Shown in pieces: positions 61,705 through 64,000 of a stretch of DNA of 64,000 nucleotides. Below the pieces are notes generated by a model. It was not told the DNA's origin. It searched no databases and saw only the letters and a list, made by a program, of their open reading frames with translations. The stretch is from Somniosus microcephalus (Eukaryota). Location of the stretch: contig CM126212.1 of NCBI GenBank assembly GCA_052327205.1, positions 142,910,001 through 142,974,000 on the forward strand. The letters are read 5' to 3'. A program made the translations under genes and the position numbers. Each line of letters opens with the position of its first letter. Position 1 is the first letter of the stretch.

Positions 61705-62127
61705 TGGAGAAAATATATAGAATGAATATCTGGAAGTGAATTGCGGGCTGGAATCTAATCATGAGGTTCCCAAGATATTTATTACTTTGTACAGTATATG
61801 ACAGCAGAACACGAGTCTCAGCCACAAGAAGGAGCAGACAACCTTATTGCAGGACAGGTCAGATCTCACTTAACTAAGGCTCCTGAAACTTTCCCTCATT
61901 ATATGGCACAACCATGAGATTATATGTGGCTTGGGAAAGAGAATTTCCAGTGTTTCACCTCATGTACAAACATATAAATGTTATACATGATAAGATAAGG
62001 GCTTCTTAAAAATAAACAGTTGCACTCAGGAAACCCTTCAAGAACCCCAGAATTCTTTATTTGGACTTTTAGGAACTCAGTGATGTAACTGGGCAGAGTC
62101 CTTTTCTTTGCCATTATCAAAAAACCG

Positions 62128-62555
62128 ATGGTAGCCCTCTCGCCTCAGCGTCAGAAGGTTGTGGGTTCAAGACCCACTCCAGAGACTTGAGCACAAAAAT
62201 CCAGGCCGACACTTCAGTGCAGTGCTGAGGGAGTGCTGCACTGTCGGAGGTGCCGTCTTTCAGATGAGATGTTAAACCGAGGCCCCTTCTGCTCTATCAG
62301 ATGGATGTAAAAGATCAAATGGCACTATTTCGAAGAAGAGCAGGGGAGTCCTGGCCAATATTTATCCCACAATCAATATCACAAAAAACAGATTATCTGG
62401 TCATTATCACATTGCTTGCTGTGCCCAAATTTGGCTGCCACGTTTCCTACATTACAACAGTGACTACACTACCAAAGTAGTTCATTGACTGTAAAGCGCT
62501 TTGGAACATCTCGAGATCATGAAAGGTGCTATAGCAATGCAAGGCTTTCTTTTTA
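62128..62555 (+). mobile_element. tRNA-headed SINE lacking the extreme 5' end
   Basis: GGTAGCCCTCTCGCCTCAGCGTCAGAAGG..., B box GGTTCAAGACC, body and tail. Confidence 0.85.
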
Positions 62556-63174
62556 TCAAAGGTACCCAGGTAAATCCTCTCCTAAGGAGTGTTATGATGG
62601 CTCCAAGACTGCTAGAAATGAGTCCTTTACACTGTGGGACTGTCGACACCTGCACACTTATCAGAGGCATCTTGTAAAAAGAGAACTGGACCACGAAACA
62701 GTCAATCAACTCCCTGAAAGAAATTGGGAATTCCTGCATTCAAGTGTAAACTTATCACAGGTTCAAAGCTGATCAGAGACAGTTTAGAAAGCTGACAAAG
62801 GTGGAGGGACCAGAACCAGGGCTGCAATAAAAAATAATCAATGATGTTCCCATTAAAATAAAAAATGGGTTTCCTATTATAAGGACACTTAGCTGCAAGG
62901 TCAGGCTGTGATTCTGGCAGGGGTCCACTGCAGGAATGCTGATCACTGTTGACTGCAGATCTGACAGCTAATGACAATACCAGGGTCATTAGAGTTCAGT
63001 CCTCAACAGATCCCAGCCCTTCAAATTAACCACTTCAAAGCAGCACTGCAACTTTTTGTTAAATCAACTGCCCACAAATTGGTATTTAGCAGCCCCCCTC
63101 CTTACCCCCATTTTGGAGAATTTTGTGTTCATCAAGAGGAGGGATGTCAGTGTCGGAGCCATTTCAGACACCCA

Positions 63175-64000
63175 GGGCTGGATTTTACTCACTGAGACGC
63201 GTTAGGGGCAGGACTGCTGCCTTCCGGGTTCGAGTCTCACCCCCAGATACTTCCGATGCACAGATGCTATTTTCCCAATTGGTCTTGTTAAGCCCGCCCT
63301 GCGGGCTTGCTGACCAATTAAGGGAAAGCTGGTGTCAGATGACGTCAGTTGATGACGCTTCATCTGCCGGTTTTCTTAAATGCATATGAACCATAACTTT
63401 TTGACAGATGATTTGAGTGTGTTTGACAGCATTGAGGTGCTGTCAAACACTGACAATCACTGTACACAGGTGAGCCCTTGTACCCAGGCTCTCCAATGAC
63501 TCTCTCCTTAGGATGAAACACATGGCAGCTGCAGGTGAGGGTACAGAAGCGATCTGTCACTTCTCCCATTGAGGTGAAGCCACACAAACACTTCAAAGCT
63601 TGTCACCTACAGAAAAATCTAAACACATTAAAAATAACTTTCCCAACATTTCCTTACCACTGATACTCACCAGTGCCCCATTGCATCCTTCACACCACTT
63701 CTGCAGCTGTCATCTATACACAAACATAACAACAGACCCACAGCACACCTCACTTACCTGGCGGGGTTCCCCAACATCAGGAAGCCCGCAGCAGAAGTCT
63801 AAAAATGGGAAAAAGCCTCTTAACTGCCTGTTAACTACCTGTTAAGTGGCTATAATCCTCTTCCCGCCGCTCGGAGTCGGGTCCCTGTGCAAATCGGGGT
63901 CCCGACTCCCGGGAAGATTGGTTGGAGGCTGGTTGGGGACCCACTCCCATTCTTTTTGACTTTACCAGCAGTTCCGCCTCCAAACCCGCCTCATCAGGGC
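63175..64000. mobile_element. Possible Harbinger-derived non-autonomous element, left end only
   Basis: GGGCTGGATTTT terminus and GC-rich interior resembling the subterminal regions of the element at 2490; no right TIR in the window. Confidence 0.35.

Overview
Eukaryotic, repeat-saturated genomic DNA with no recognisable host protein-coding gene. The repeat repertoire (tRNA-headed Deu-type SINE, CR1 LINEs with TTCTATG tails, Penelope-derived inverted elements) points to a cartilaginous fish; this is inferred, not database-verified. Contents: a partial Gypsy (1-1534); a two-gene PIF/Harbinger transposon (2490-6768) nested in a Penelope-derived element; a non-autonomous Helitron (8808-9950); a full-length Gypsy with 206-bp LTRs (10314-14992); a 44-bp minisatellite with a fold-back palindrome; several CR1 and L2 LINEs, SINEs and MITEs. 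Main observation: two full-length Tx1-clade (L1-group) retrotransposons (36128-42627 minus, 50435-56258 plus) sit at exactly the same nucleotide, in the Pol III A-box, of two different copies of the same tRNA-derived SINE. This suggests a SINE-targeting, site-specific LINE. Its junctions and two shared ORF2 stop codons further suggest homology-assisted or in-trans spread.
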